55,776 nt of DNA from Hypanus sabinus (lineage: Eukaryota): positions 35,286,225 through 35,342,000 of the forward strand of contig NC_082729.1 of NCBI RefSeq assembly GCF_030144855.1. Direction: 5' to 3'. Both the position numbers and the translations under genes were made by a program. The first letter of the stretch is position 1. Each line of letters opens with the position of its first letter. The notes beneath the pieces are model-generated. The model was not told the origin of the DNA, did no database searches, and saw nothing but the letters and a program-made list of their open reading frames with translations. Below, piece after piece: positions 12,604 through 23,934 of the stretch.

Positions 12604-13340
12604 TGTCACGGGGAACATGGAGACTGGACCCAAATGCAGGACGCAGGCACTGAAGTACTAGGGGCAGGACAGGAACAACTAAAGGTTAGAACAAGATGGG
12701 GAGACCATGGCATGCAACGGTGGTCCTGAGGTTCAGAGAGTTCATGGCGAAGGCAGGATCTATGGGACAAGGAATGCTGGGAGGATAGCCCCCTGGGCGG
12801 GCCACATTACTTCTGGGCAGGGCCCAGCCTCCCAGGCAGGAACACAGGGGCCTGGGCAGGTTGCGGGGCACCTGGGCAGGTGCAGGGCACAACCCATCAG
12901 AAGCGAGGGTAGGAAAGGGTCAGGGTCCTCAGGGCGGGCCGCCTCCCAGGCAGGAACACGGGGCCTGGGCAAGACGCAGAGCACCTGGGCAGGTTGCGGG
13001 GCCCAACCCGTCGGAAGACGGGTAGGGAAGGGTCAGAGTCCCCCACCGGGTGACGGCAGTCCAGCCTGCTTACCCGACAGAGGCAAGGGATCGGAAGGGA
13101 GCTCGGTCCAGGGTGACTACAAGAACGGACTTACAGAACTAGATGATTAACAGTGGGTACTCCAAGCCGGGGTCAAAACAGGATAGCTAGCTGAATGGCG
13201 CAAACAAGGCAAACCGGACAGTACAGCGGGTACAAGGCAAACAGAGGACCAGGACAAAACAGGTTCAGAGCAGGACAACTCAGTCCAGAGCCTCTTATAT
13301 ACACCTGCCAGCCGATAGGTCTCAGGCACCTCCTTAAGCC
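12604..13340 (-). mobile_element. LTR-retrotransposon LTR/leader-like fragment with internal imperfect repeats
   Basis: Begins tgtcacg; contains repeated gcctcccaggcaggaacac..gggcctgggc units; resembles gypsy LTR/leader sequence; the far boundary is uncertain. Confidence 0.5.
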
Positions 13341-13863
13341 AAGATGATCCTATTTGGGCTGAAGGGTGAAAGGAGGGAGGGCTACAAGACCCGGAGTCCG
13401 GAGTCTGCGGACTGGATCAAGACCCAGAAAGCGGGCTCCAGACCGGACCATAACAAGAATTGCTTTTATATTTATTGTTCTTTTTATTGTGTTCTTCTGT
13501 GCTGTTTTCAACTGGAAGTAACAATCATTTTCTTTTCATTTACACTCGTGTACTGAAGAATGGCAATAAATAATCTTCAATTTCAGATTGAATTAATCTG
13601 AGCGAGTAGCCTAACAAAGGTACAGTGCATCCACACAGATCGTTTCAGTACAACTGTGCATTGAGGTAGTACAGGGATAAAACAATAATAGAATGCAGAA
13701 CAAAGGGTGACAGTTTCAGAGAGTAAGTAGGTAGGCAATAAGATGTAAGGCCATGGAGAGGCACACAGTGTGATCCAAAGCCCATCATGTCATACTAGGG
13801 GACTATTCAATAGTCTTCAAACAGCAGGACAGAAACCTGCATTTGGTCCATGTCCCTCTGAAC

Positions 13864-14521
13864 CAGGGGTTCTCAACATTGTTTTATGCCATGGACATCT
13901 ACCATTAAATTGTACAAGGCACTGGTAAGGCCAAATTTGGAATATTGTGTATAGTTCTGGTCACCGAATTATAGGAAAGATATAAATAAATTAGAGAGAG
14001 TGCAGAGACGATTTACTAGGATGTTACCTGGGTTTCAGCACTTAAGTTACAGAGAAAGGTTGAACAAGTTAGGTCTTTATTCATTGGAGCGTAGAAGGTT
14101 GAGGGCGGATTTGATCGAGGTATTTAAAATTTTGAGAGGGATAGATAGAGTTGACGTAAATAAGCTGTTTCCGTTGAGAGTAGGGGAGATTCAAACGAGC
14201 GGACATGATTTGAGAGTTAGGGGGCAAAAGCTTAAGGGAAACACGAGGGGGTATTTCTTTACTCGGAGAGTGATAGCTGTGTGGAATGAGCTTCCTGTAG
14301 AAGTAGTAGAGGCCAGTTCAGTTGTGTCATTTAAGGTAGAATTGGATAGGTATATGGACAGGAAAGGAGTGGAGGGTTATGGGCTGAGTGTGGGTAGGTG
14401 GGACTAGGTGAGATTAAGAGCTCGGCACGGACTAGGAGGGCCGAGATGGCCTGTTTCTGTGCTGTGACTGTTATATGGTTATTAACAGAGGCATCCGAGA
14501 ACCCCAGGAAGGGAACCACTG
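13864..14521. mobile_element. hAT-type MITE split by a CR1 insertion
   Basis: TIR caggggttctc ... gggaaccactg; 8-bp TSD ctctgaac (13856-13863) / ctctaaac (14522-14529). Confidence 0.8.
13908..14480 (+). mobile_element. CR1 3' fragment nested in MITE
   Basis: MQRRFTRMLPGFQHLSYRERLNKLGLYSLERRRLR; same family as 8879-10031; 'atta' at both junctions. Confidence 0.9.
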
Positions 14522-15964
14522 CTCTAAACATTTCCTATCCACGTGGGAATGTTACCATGGCTTTGAAAGCAAGGTGAGGCCTGCAGCACAATCGTCAATC
14601 GGCGATCATTGTTCACATAAAGTGTTGCTCTGGATTTCCAGCAATCGCAGAAGCTCTTGTGTTTATGATTCGATGTGTGTTTTGATGTACACGTGACTAG
14701 TGAGGCTAATATTTAGGTCATGTAATATTTAACGGCCCAAAGGCCTTCTAAATGTCATAACAATACCTGCCTCACACCTTCCTCTGCCAGCTTATCCCTC
14801 ATAACTACCTTACTTCAGGAGTAAAAAGTTTCCCCTCAGGTACTTTATAAGTCTTTCTTTCTCACTTTCTCACTTCTGCCCGACCTGAAGAAAAAGATTG
14901 TAGTCACCTTCTCTATGTCACTCATGACTTCACAGAACATTACAGCGCAGACAGAGCCTTTGGCGCAAGATATTTTCTATCATCCATGTGACTGACGTAA
15001 GAGTTTCTTAAAAGCCCCTAAGGTATCTGTCTCTACTACCACCCCGGTAGTGCATTCCATACACCCACCACTCTGTAAAAAAACTTAACTTGGAGACCAC
15101 TCCTCCCATACTTCCCATCAATCACCTTGAAATTATACCCTCTCCTATTAGGCATTTCGGCCCTGGGAAAGAGTCTCTGGCTATCTACTTAATCTACGCC
15201 TCATCATTTTACACCTCTATCAAGTCAACTTTCAACTTATTTGCTCCTAAGAGAGAAACCCTAGCTTGCTCAAACTGTCCTCATAAGATATGCCCTCTAG
15301 AACAGATAACATCCTGATAAATCTCCTCTGCATCCTCTCTAAAGTATCGATGTCCTTCCTATAATGAGGCAAACATAGCTGAACACAATATTCCGAGTGT
15401 CGTCTTTTTAACCTCAAAAGTTTATAAGGTCACCTTTCAAACTCCTACAATCGAGAGGGTATAGACATGGCATATCCAGCTTCTTATAGCCTCTTGTCTT
15501 GGTAACATCCTGTTTGCACCTTATTCGTTTAATAAAATTCTTCCTACAGGAGAGTGACCAGAACTGTACATTGATTCAAGATTCGAGTGCATTTATTGTC
15601 GAAGAATGTAAGAATTATACAACATTGAGATTTGCCTGCTCACGGGTAGCCTCAAAGCAAGAAACCTGAAAGACCCAATTAAAGAAAAAAATAATAAAAA
15701 TAAAAGACCAACAATCAACGCACAAGAGAAAGAAAAAAGAAGTCATGCATTCCGAACCAAACATGATTCTCAGATCTGAACCCTGGAGCAGCCCAAAGCC
15801 TGGCTTATCAGTTCATCATGTTACCGGGCATGGAGCACAGAAGCTGGGCAGTCTTTATAGCCTCTGCACTACGGAGATGTCCCAAAGGTGACGTTACCAA
15901 TATGTTATAACATGATATTCCATCTGCTATTCTGAGCATCCTTATTAACACTGACTCACTGCAT

Positions 15965-16240
15965 CAGAATAGAAGTGAGTCCCTTTAGAACAGAAATGAG
16001 GAGGAATTTCTTTAGCCAGAGGGTGGTGAATCTGGAATTTGTTGCCACAAATGGCTGTGGAGGTCAAGTCATTTGGTATATTTAAAGTGGAGGTTGTTAG
16101 ATTCTTGATTAATGATGACATCAAAGGTTGTGGGAAGAAGACACGAGAATGGAGTTGAGAGGGATAATGAATCAGCCATGACGGACTGGCAGAGCAGACA
16201 CGATGGGCTGAATGGCCTAATCCTGCTCCTGTGTCTTATG
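15965..16240 (+). mobile_element. CR1 3' end
   Basis: agaaatgaggaggaatttctttagccagagggtggtgaatctg...gatgggctgaatggcctaatcctgctcct, a typical CR1 3' end. Confidence 0.75.
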
Positions 16241-16260
16241 TTTTCTCTCCACTGTGGCAG

Positions 16261-16535
16261 AACGTTCCATCAACATAACCCCAACACACCTGAACGTGGG
16301 AGTAAAGCCCTTAGTCCTGATGTACAGAGTGGGTGGATTTTACCCAAAAGAACGCCAACACGACGTGGCTGCCGAATGGCAAAGCCATCAAGCAGGAGGT
16401 GTTCAGGAGCAGCATTTTGCCAAATTAAGACATTCCAACTCGGACTTTATGTCAGTATTGACCCCAGCAGAGGGGATACCTGCAGTTCTCAGTTGGAGCA
16501 GAGGAATGTCGTGGAGAGACTGAGCGCAGTTTGGG
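16261..16535 (+). pseudogene. Pseudogenised MHC Ig-C1 exon, paralogue of 31631-31912
   Basis: AG at 16259-60 and G|GTAAGG donor at 16536. Across three frames it reads ERSINITP..KPLVLMYRVGGFYPKE / ANTTWLPNGKAIKQEVFRSSILPN* / FQLGLYVSIDPSRGDTCSSQLEQRNVVERLSAVWG. It has two frameshifts, TAA at 16426-28, and both Ig Cys lost (TAC 16323, TCT 16487). Confidence 0.9.
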
Positions 16536-17257
16536 GTAAGGTCCAGAGTCTGCACTCGTGGAACTACAAGTGATTGGCATCCTGCACTTCAAACTCTTTT
16601 CAACACTGTGGCGATGATCTTCAGACACGGGACGGTTGGGAAATGCACTTGTGATTATCTGCATTGTCAGGTGTCAGGTCTCAGGCAGAAAACAGTGGAC
16701 AAACCAAAGCCCTAACGGATCCATGTCACGTGCTTTCCGTGGTGCCTCGATAAAAATTGGTGAGGGTACAATGGGAGCAGACAAATTTCTTTAGTCTCCT
16801 AAAAATTATAAGCTCTCGAACCCACCACCATTGCTGGTAAATAGGAGTGCTTGCACCGCCACCTCCCAGAAGTCTAGGGCCAGCTCTTTCATTCTGCCGA
16901 CAGTCCGGGAGAGTTTGTTAGCGCGACTCCATGCCACTGGCTCTCTCTCTCTTTCCTCTACTTCCTCCCCTTGGTAACTGAGATCCAGCTCGTCTCAGTG
17001 GTCTCATCTGCAGACTTGTAGGTGGGGTTCAAGCAGAATCCGGCCAGGAGGTAGTGAGTGCACAGGGAGCGGGGGTGGGGGGGCTGACAATGCGCCTTGT
17101 GGAATTCCAGTGAAGCCACCTACCTCATCTCTGGTCTCTTGCACCACCTATTGTTCATTGGCAGCACCTCTTAAAATTATTACCCATATTATCCGTGTCC
17201 CTCTATAGCCCTTTATGATGCTAGGTACCTTATTGTTCACTTCTTTCTTTTTAAATC

Positions 17258-17302
<45 letters not shown>
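17258..17302. repeat. (TAT)n microsatellite at the 3' end of a minus-strand L1
   Basis: About 15 perfect TAT units directly abutting the L1 3' end. Confidence 0.95.
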
Positions 17303-19119
17303 CCAAAATAACAGGAGTACATCTAAGTAGGTAACACTTACAATGTCTCGAAGGGGGAAAAAAACAATGTTTTAAGGATTGAAAAATATGGTGACAAAAA
17401 AAAGAAAAGAAAAAATCCTACTAAAGAAAAGAAAAAGAGAGGGGAAAAAAAAACCATGAGGTGGTCAGCAAAAAAAAATTATACCAAAATTTACAATTAG
17501 ATTGTGGAGGAAATCTATCAATTAACTCAAATGGTAGTAACGAGCAAATGAATCCTATCTTTTCTTAAAATCAAACATAGATTCGAAGGTTCGACTTCTA
17601 ATTTTCTCCAAACTAAGACATAACATCACTTGAGAGAACCATTGTGACAGAGTGGGAGCCGACGTATCCTTTCACTTCAACAGAATGGCCCTCCTAGCTA
17701 TCAATGTAATGAATGCAATAACCATATAACAATCACAGCACGGAAACAGGCCATCTCGGCCCTCCTGGTCCGTGCCGAACTCTTAATCTCACCTAGTCCC
17801 ACCTACCCGCACTCAGCCCATAACCCTCCACTCCTTTCCTGTCCATATACCTATCCAATTTTACCTTAAATGACACAACTGAACTGGCCTCTACTACTTC
17901 TACAGGAAGCTCATTCCACACAGCTATCATTCTCTGAGTAAAGAAATACCCCCTCGTGTTTCCGTTAAACTTTTGCCCCCTAACTCTCAAATCATGTCCT
18001 CTCGTTTGAATAACATGTTGGTCAGACAAAGAAATACCACGGGTATTTTGAGCAATTATTCCAAAGAGCACAGTTAATTTATTAGGTTGTAAATTAATTT
18101 TAAGTGCTTTAGAAATTGTAGAAAAAACTGACTTCCAAAACGGTTCCAGTATAGAACAAGACCAAAACGTGTGTCAGTGTAGCTGTCTCAGTTTTACATC
18201 TATCACAATAACCATCAACATTAGGAAAGATTTTAGACAATCTCTCCTTCATCAAATAGTAACGATGTACAATTTTAAATTGAATCAGTGAATGACTAGC
18301 ACAAATCAAAGAAGAGTTAACCAGCTTCAAGATCCGCATCCAGTCCTCCGTCGTAAAAGTCAAGTTAAGTTCTTTTTTCCCAATCTTATTTAATCTTAAA
18401 GAAAGGGCGCTTATCCCATTGTAATAATAAATTATAAATTCTTCCAATGGAACCTTTCATCAAAGGGTTCATACTTGTAATAGTATCTAACAGGTCGGCA
18501 ACTAATATGTAAGGAAAATTACTTAAATATTTTTGTAAGAAATGTCTAACTGGAAGATATTGTAAAAAGTGTGAGTATGAAAGAGAGTATTTATCAACTA
18601 ATTGTTCAAAAGACATCAATCTATCTTCTTTAAATAGATCCAAAAAAGAATGAATACCTTTATTTTCCCAAAATAAAAAAATTGGATCAGTCAAAGAAGA
18701 CTTAAAAAATAATTTTAATAAATTAAACTCCAAAGTTTAAATTTTTTAAGATTAAAAACATTACAGAACTGGAGCCAAATTTGTAAAGAATACTTAATCA
18801 CAGGGTATAAATTTAAATTAGCAACTTTAGCTAATTGTATAGGTAGAGCAGCTCCCAATAACGAGGTTAAATAAAACTGTTTCACAGCTTTCAATTCCAA
18901 ATCTACCCAAATTGGCCGCTCATTCTTATCAACCCAGTGCAACCAAAAGGACATATATCGCACATTAACAGCCCAGTAATAAATTATTCAATTAGGCAAA
19001 GCAAGACCTCTGTCCTTTTTTTGTAAGTGACATTTACTAACTCTTGGTCTTTTATCATTCCAAATAAAAGATGAGATAAAATCAATTGATCAAAAACCTT
19101 CTTAGTCAAAAAAAAGGGT
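17303..19119 (-). mobile_element. L1-clade LINE 3' part (related to 3883-5910)
   Basis: LVNSSLICASHSLIQFKIVHRYY..CDRCKTE, LWENKGIHSF, ERPIWVDLELK; clear nucleotide similarity to the 3883-5910 element. Confidence 0.88.
17723..18008 (-). mobile_element. CR1 3' end nested in L1
   Basis: IQTRGHDLRVRGQKF..FFTQRMIAVWNELP; aataac duplicated at 17717-17722 and 18009-18014. Confidence 0.88.
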
Positions 19120-19129
19120 CTTTATAAAG

Positions 19130-20987
19130 CTACACACTCAAAATGCTGGTGGAACACAGCAGACCAGGCAGCATCTATAGGGAGAAGCACTGTCGACGTT
19201 TTGGGCTGAGACCCTTCATCAGGATGAACTGAAAGGAAAGATTTGAAAGTAGGAGGGGGAGGGGAAATGCGAAATGTTAGAAGATTGGAGGGGGTGGGGT
19301 GAAGCTGAGAGCTGTGAAGACGTGATTGGCAAAAGGGATACAGAGCTTGAGAAGGGAAAGGATCATGGGACGGGAGGCCGAGGGAGAAAGAAAGGGGGAG
19401 GGAGCACCAGAGGGAGATGGAGAACAGGCAGAGTGATGGGCAGAGAGAGAGAAAAAAACTAAATATATCAGGGATGGGGTAAGAAGCGGAGGGGCATTAA
19501 TGGAAGTTAGAGAAGTCAATGTTCATGCCTTCAGGTTGGAGGCTACCCAGCCAGTATATAAGGTGTTGTTCCTCCAACCTGAGTGCGGCTTCATCTTGAC
19601 AGTAGAGGAAGCCATGGATAGTGTGTTCAGTCCAGATCTCCTCACTATAGGAAGGAAGCCACCCTTCTGAATCCACATGTACAAACAAGCTGGATGAACT
19701 CAGCAGGTCGGACAGCATCCGGTGAAATGAGCAGTCCCTCTAAACCATGCAGATTAGTGGCTGCGCAGTTACTGAAATGCTCCCGTACACATAGCCTTCG
19801 TAGCTGTGCAGTTGGAATTTTCTTTAGTGCCGACTGCGAACGTGGATTCAGTTTTACGATTTAAACCAAATGTAAATCCAGGAACAGACTAGAACACATC
19901 TCTCCCATTTCCCGCACATCAGCCCTCACCCCATCCATCCGCCACCCCACTAGGATAGGGTTACCCTTGTCCTCACCTACCACCCCACCAGCCTCCGGGT
20001 CCAACGTATAATTCTCCGTAACCTCCAACGGGATCCCACTACCATGCACATCTTTCCCTCCCCCTCCACTTTCTGCTTTCCACAGGGATCACTCCCTATG
20101 GGACTCCCTTGTCCATTCATCCCCCCCATTCCTTCCCACCGATCTCCCTCCTGGCACTTATCCTTGTAAACGGAACAAGTGTTACACCTGCCCTTACACT
20201 TCCTCCCTCACCACCATTCAGGGCCCCAGACAGTCCTTCCAGATGAGGCGACACTTCACCTGTGAGTCGGCTGGTGTGGTATACTGCGTCCAGTGCTCCC
20301 GGTGTGGCCTTTTATATGTTGGTGAGACCCGACGTAGACTGGGAGACCATTTCGCTGAACACCTACACTGTCAGCCAGAGAAAGCAGGATCTCCCAGCGG
20401 CCACACATTTTAATTCCACGTCCCGTTCCCATTCTGATACGTCTGTCCATGGCCTCCCCTACTGTCAAGATGAAGCCACACTCAGGTTGGAGGAACAACT
20501 CCTTATATACCAGCTGGGTAGCCTCCAACCTGATGGTGTGAACATTGACTTCTCCAACTTCCATTAATGCCCCTCCTCCCCTTCTTACCCCATCCCTGGT
20601 ATATTTAGTTTTTTTTCTCTCTCTGCCCATCACTCTGCCTGTTCTCCATCTCCCTCTGGTACTACCCTCCCCCTTTCTTTCTCCCTAGGCCTCCCATCCC
20701 ATGATCCTTTCCCTTCTCTAGCTCTGTCTCCCTTTTGCCAATCACCTGTCTGGCTCTCAGCTTCACCCCACCCTCTCTGGTCTTCTCCTATCCTTTCGCA
20801 TTTATCCCTCCCCCTCCTACTTTCAAATCTCTTACTATCTCTCCTTTCAGTTAGTCCTGACGAAGGGTCTTGGTCCGAAACGTCGACAGCGCTTCTCCTT
20901 ATAGATGCTGCCTGGCCTGCAGTGTCCCACCAGCAATTTGTGTGTGTTGTTTGAATTTCCAGCACCTGCAGATTTCCTCGTGTTTGC
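19130..20987. mobile_element. Composite Penelope-like insertion: inverted PLE end (-) plus longer PLE (+) with RT C-terminal/GIY-YIG region
   Basis: Minus 19130-19625 and plus ~19895-20987 both encode HGL.YCQDEA.LRLEEQ.LIY.LGSLQP.G.NIDFSNF; flanked by 10-bp direct repeat ctttataaag (19120-19129, 20988-20997). Confidence 0.85.
20851..20890 (+). ncRNA. Minimal type I hammerhead ribozyme motif in PLE end
   Basis: ttagtc-CTGACGA-a-gggtcttggtcc-GAAAC-GTC-gacagc: conserved core boxes, stem II, palindromic ACGT stem III, GUC cleavage triplet, gtc/gac stem I. Confidence 0.7.
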
Positions 20988-21145
20988 CTTTATAAAGAAA
21001 ATTCTGTTCCCTTGGTAGATTCTATCAAGTATTTATTTAGCAGATGGAACCCACTTATGTTTTCACTTGCTCACTGCATCCATATAGTCAAAATGATGAT
21101 TTTACCAAAATTATACTTATTTCAGAATATCCCCTTTTTTTACCT
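20988..21145 (+). mobile_element. Inverted 5' segment of the 17303-19119 L1
   Basis: LYKENSVPLVDSIKYLFSRWNPL..KMMILPKLYLFQNIPFF ends where the minus-strand part begins (PFFLTKKVF). Confidence 0.8.
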
Positions 21146-21189
21146 GTTTGTTCACTTATTCAACTATTACCTGAGTTTCCATAATACAC

Positions 21190-21925
21190 AGAAGTAGAAT
21201 TAGGCCATTCAGCCTATCAAATCCGCACCACCATTTCATCAAAGTTAATTTATTTTTCCAATCAACCTCATTCTCCTGCATTCTCCCCATACCTTTGACG
21301 TCCTTACTAATCAAGAACCTATCAACCTCTCTTTAAATACACCCAATGAGTTGGCCTTCATGGCTGTCTGTGGCAATGAATTCCACTCTCTGGATAAAGA
21401 ACTGTCTCCTCATTTCTGTTCTGTTTTGGTCCTAGATCTATTGGTAGCATCCTCTCTACATCCACTGTATTGTAGGTTTCAATGAGATCTCCACTCATTC
21501 TTCTAAGCTCCAGCAAGCACAGGCTCAGAGCCATTAGTTAACCCTTTCATTCCTAAGACCATTCTTGTGAACCTCCTCTGGAGCCTCTCCAATACCACCA
21601 CATCCTTTCTGATAAGAGCCCCAGAACTGCTCACGATACTCCAGATCTGGCCAATGACTTATAAACCCTCAGCATTATAACCTTGCTTTTATCATCCAGC
21701 CCTCTTGAAATGAATGTCAATATTATGACTCAACCTGCAAGTTAACCTTCAGGAAAGGACTACAAAGTCCTTCTGCGCCTCTTTTTACTGAATTTTCTCC
21801 CCTTTTAGAAAATAGCCAACACCTTTATTCCTTCTACCAAAGTGCAAGAGCAAACACTTCTCCACATTGTATTCCATCTGCCACTTCTTTGCCCATTCTC
21901 CTAATCTGTCCAAGGCATCGCCCCA
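21190..21925 (-). mobile_element. CR1 RT/3' fragment, degenerate
   Basis: DRLGEWAKKWQMEYNVEKC..LHFGRRNKG on minus, then the CR1 3' end. Confidence 0.8.
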
Positions 21926-22327
21926 CCTAAACTGCACGGGTGCACGGCGGTGCTCTAACTGAAATGCTCCCACACACATGGCCTCTGTTGCCTCAAGCTG
22001 GAAGGAAAACAGACAGGAAAAGGTTTATGAAGCATGAAAGATTTTCTTTTTTGTAGTCTATTACATTATACACTTCAGTTAATAAATAAAATCAAAAGTA
22101 TGTGATCTTTAAATTTTCATTCTAAATATTCAATAGCAGACATACTAAAGAAGAAAAAATAACATTCAAAGTACCACACAGTTCTCAGGCCATGCTCAGA
22201 ACAATTGTTGGTCTATGCAGCTTTAAAAAAAATAAAGGGAGCATTGGTCCAAGGCCCTTTGCAGCTCCAGAAGTTGTAACAGTATGTTTCAATATCACAT
22301 TTTCTTTAATAATAAATACTTTCTTTG

Positions 22328-22700
22328 GTACACCTGTAAACCTGCTCATTATTGCAAATATCTAATCAGCCATTTATGAGGCAGTAACTCAATGCATAGA
22401 AGCATGCAGACATGGTCAAGAGATTCAGTTGTTGTGCAGACCAAACATCAGAATGGGGAAGAAATGTGATCCGGATGACTTTGAATATTGTTGGTACCTT
22501 AATGAGAGAGGTCAGAGGAGAACAGCCAGACTGGTCCATGTTGGCAGTAACTTACATTGCCATGTGTTACAACGGTAGTGTGCAGAAGAGCATCTCTGAA
22601 CGCACAACACATCGGATCTTGACATGGACAGGCTACGGCAGCAAGGTGACCATGAACATCAACTCAGTTGCTTCTTTATTAGGTACCAACCGTATGCTTT
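22328..22700 (+). mobile_element. Tc1/mariner-derived non-autonomous element
   Basis: atggggaagaaatgtgatc... and remnants of the Tc1 transposase N-terminus (SISERTTHRILTWTGY); TIR-like tttattaggtac at the end. Confidence 0.75.
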
Positions 22701-23483
22701 AAGTAATCACAGTGTACCCCCCACCCCCCGCCCATTCTGACTGAAACAAGTTGCAGAGTTTGTTCATAGTTTATAGATATTGCTTACAGTTGGTGTTCTA
22801 TACAAATGTTAAGTACGCCCACAGATAAAGAATCTCAGGGTTGGATGTGGTGACATCTGTGTACTCTGATAGTAAGTTTTACTTTGAACTCCGAACTCTG
22901 AAATACCCAATCCAAACCATATGATGCGCTGAGGCAGAAAGGCTCTCCAAAATGAAGTTCACTAGACGTTCCTCCTAGTTTATTTAAATCTGTTGCATTT
23001 CACCCTTCCTGTTATTCATAAGATTCACGCATGAGTCATCTCCTAATCTTTTCTCAGTTTAGTGTTTTACCCAGAACTTCAGACCAGAGCCACACTGAAT
23101 CATTTAGCCTAGCCGGAGGAAAATCCAGCATTCTCCACTTTTGAGTCACGCACACACAAAATGCCAGAAGAACCCAGCAGCTACAGGAATAAGAATTGAT
23201 GTTTTGGGCCAAGACCCTTCGTCGGGCTCCCATTTTCCCAGTATTGTAAACTTTTGGGGATTAATCGTCCAAATGGACGTTAAGTATGTGATGCTACTTT
23301 TCTACACTGAAGTTTTGGACTCATGGGTTCTCAGAGAGGAATCCGGAACATTGCTGATACATTGGATTTACTATGTGTGTCCTCAAGGAAATGAATCTCG
23401 GAGTTCTATATGTTGACATACATGTACTTTAATGATACATTTACTTTGAATCTTGAACCAGGGACATATGATAGAAAAGAAAC

Positions 23484-23733
23484 CAGATCTTATTGAGTTA
23501 ACTGCTGCTCTCTGCTCAAAAAATGCTTATGTGGATAATAAAATGTAATTGGTTGTAAGGATATTTAAATGACAGCTGTTCCGGGTTGAACACAGGAACA
23601 CAGCTCGGGAAATCCCCCAGTTCGGTTTCAATGCCCTTTAGTGTGCTGCTAAATATAAATCTGTGTCTTGGGCACAGAGCCAACACTGGAGTTCCAATGT
23701 AAAACTTCCCCAAAGCTGAGTTAAGTTCTTCAT
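23484..23733 (-). other. Candidate alpha1-like exon (possible W-category alpha-chain relic), head-to-head with the MHC gene
   Basis: Strong acceptor tattctttggtctcAG; the phase-1 frame DEELNSALGKFYIGTPV...FIFSSTLKGIETELGDF..FNPEQ is open for 72 codons. One extra T in a T6 run breaks a 249-nt phase 1-1 exon; the donor (GTTTCT) is weak. Confidence 0.28.
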
Positions 23734-23934
23734 CTGAGACCAAAGAATACACAGAATTTAAAATACGCAGCTTTATGGAGGATGGAACTGGAAATTAATT
23801 TATTATATAGTGTGGTTTTCCATCCTTCTTCCACTTTGAAATTGGTAAATTGGTTGATTATTGTTAAGTGTAGGTTTATTGTTTATCTATTTAGTGATAA
23901 ATATTTAAGAGAGACCCTTCTTCTCCTTTGAGCT

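Noticed and set aside
14489-14573. Apparent exon with AG acceptor and CAAG|GTGAGG donor (ASENPRKGTTALNISYPRGNVTMALKA)
   Set aside because: Its first half is the right arm of the hAT MITE (TIR and 8-bp TSD identified), and the rest resembles a CR1 3' UTR remnant.
21930-22003. Strong minus-strand acceptor followed by LEATEAMCVGAFQLEHRRAPVQF
   Set aside because: gaaatgctccc..cacat.gcct also occurs near 19775, so it is repeat-derived; the phase-1 frame stops immediately and the segment runs into a CR1.
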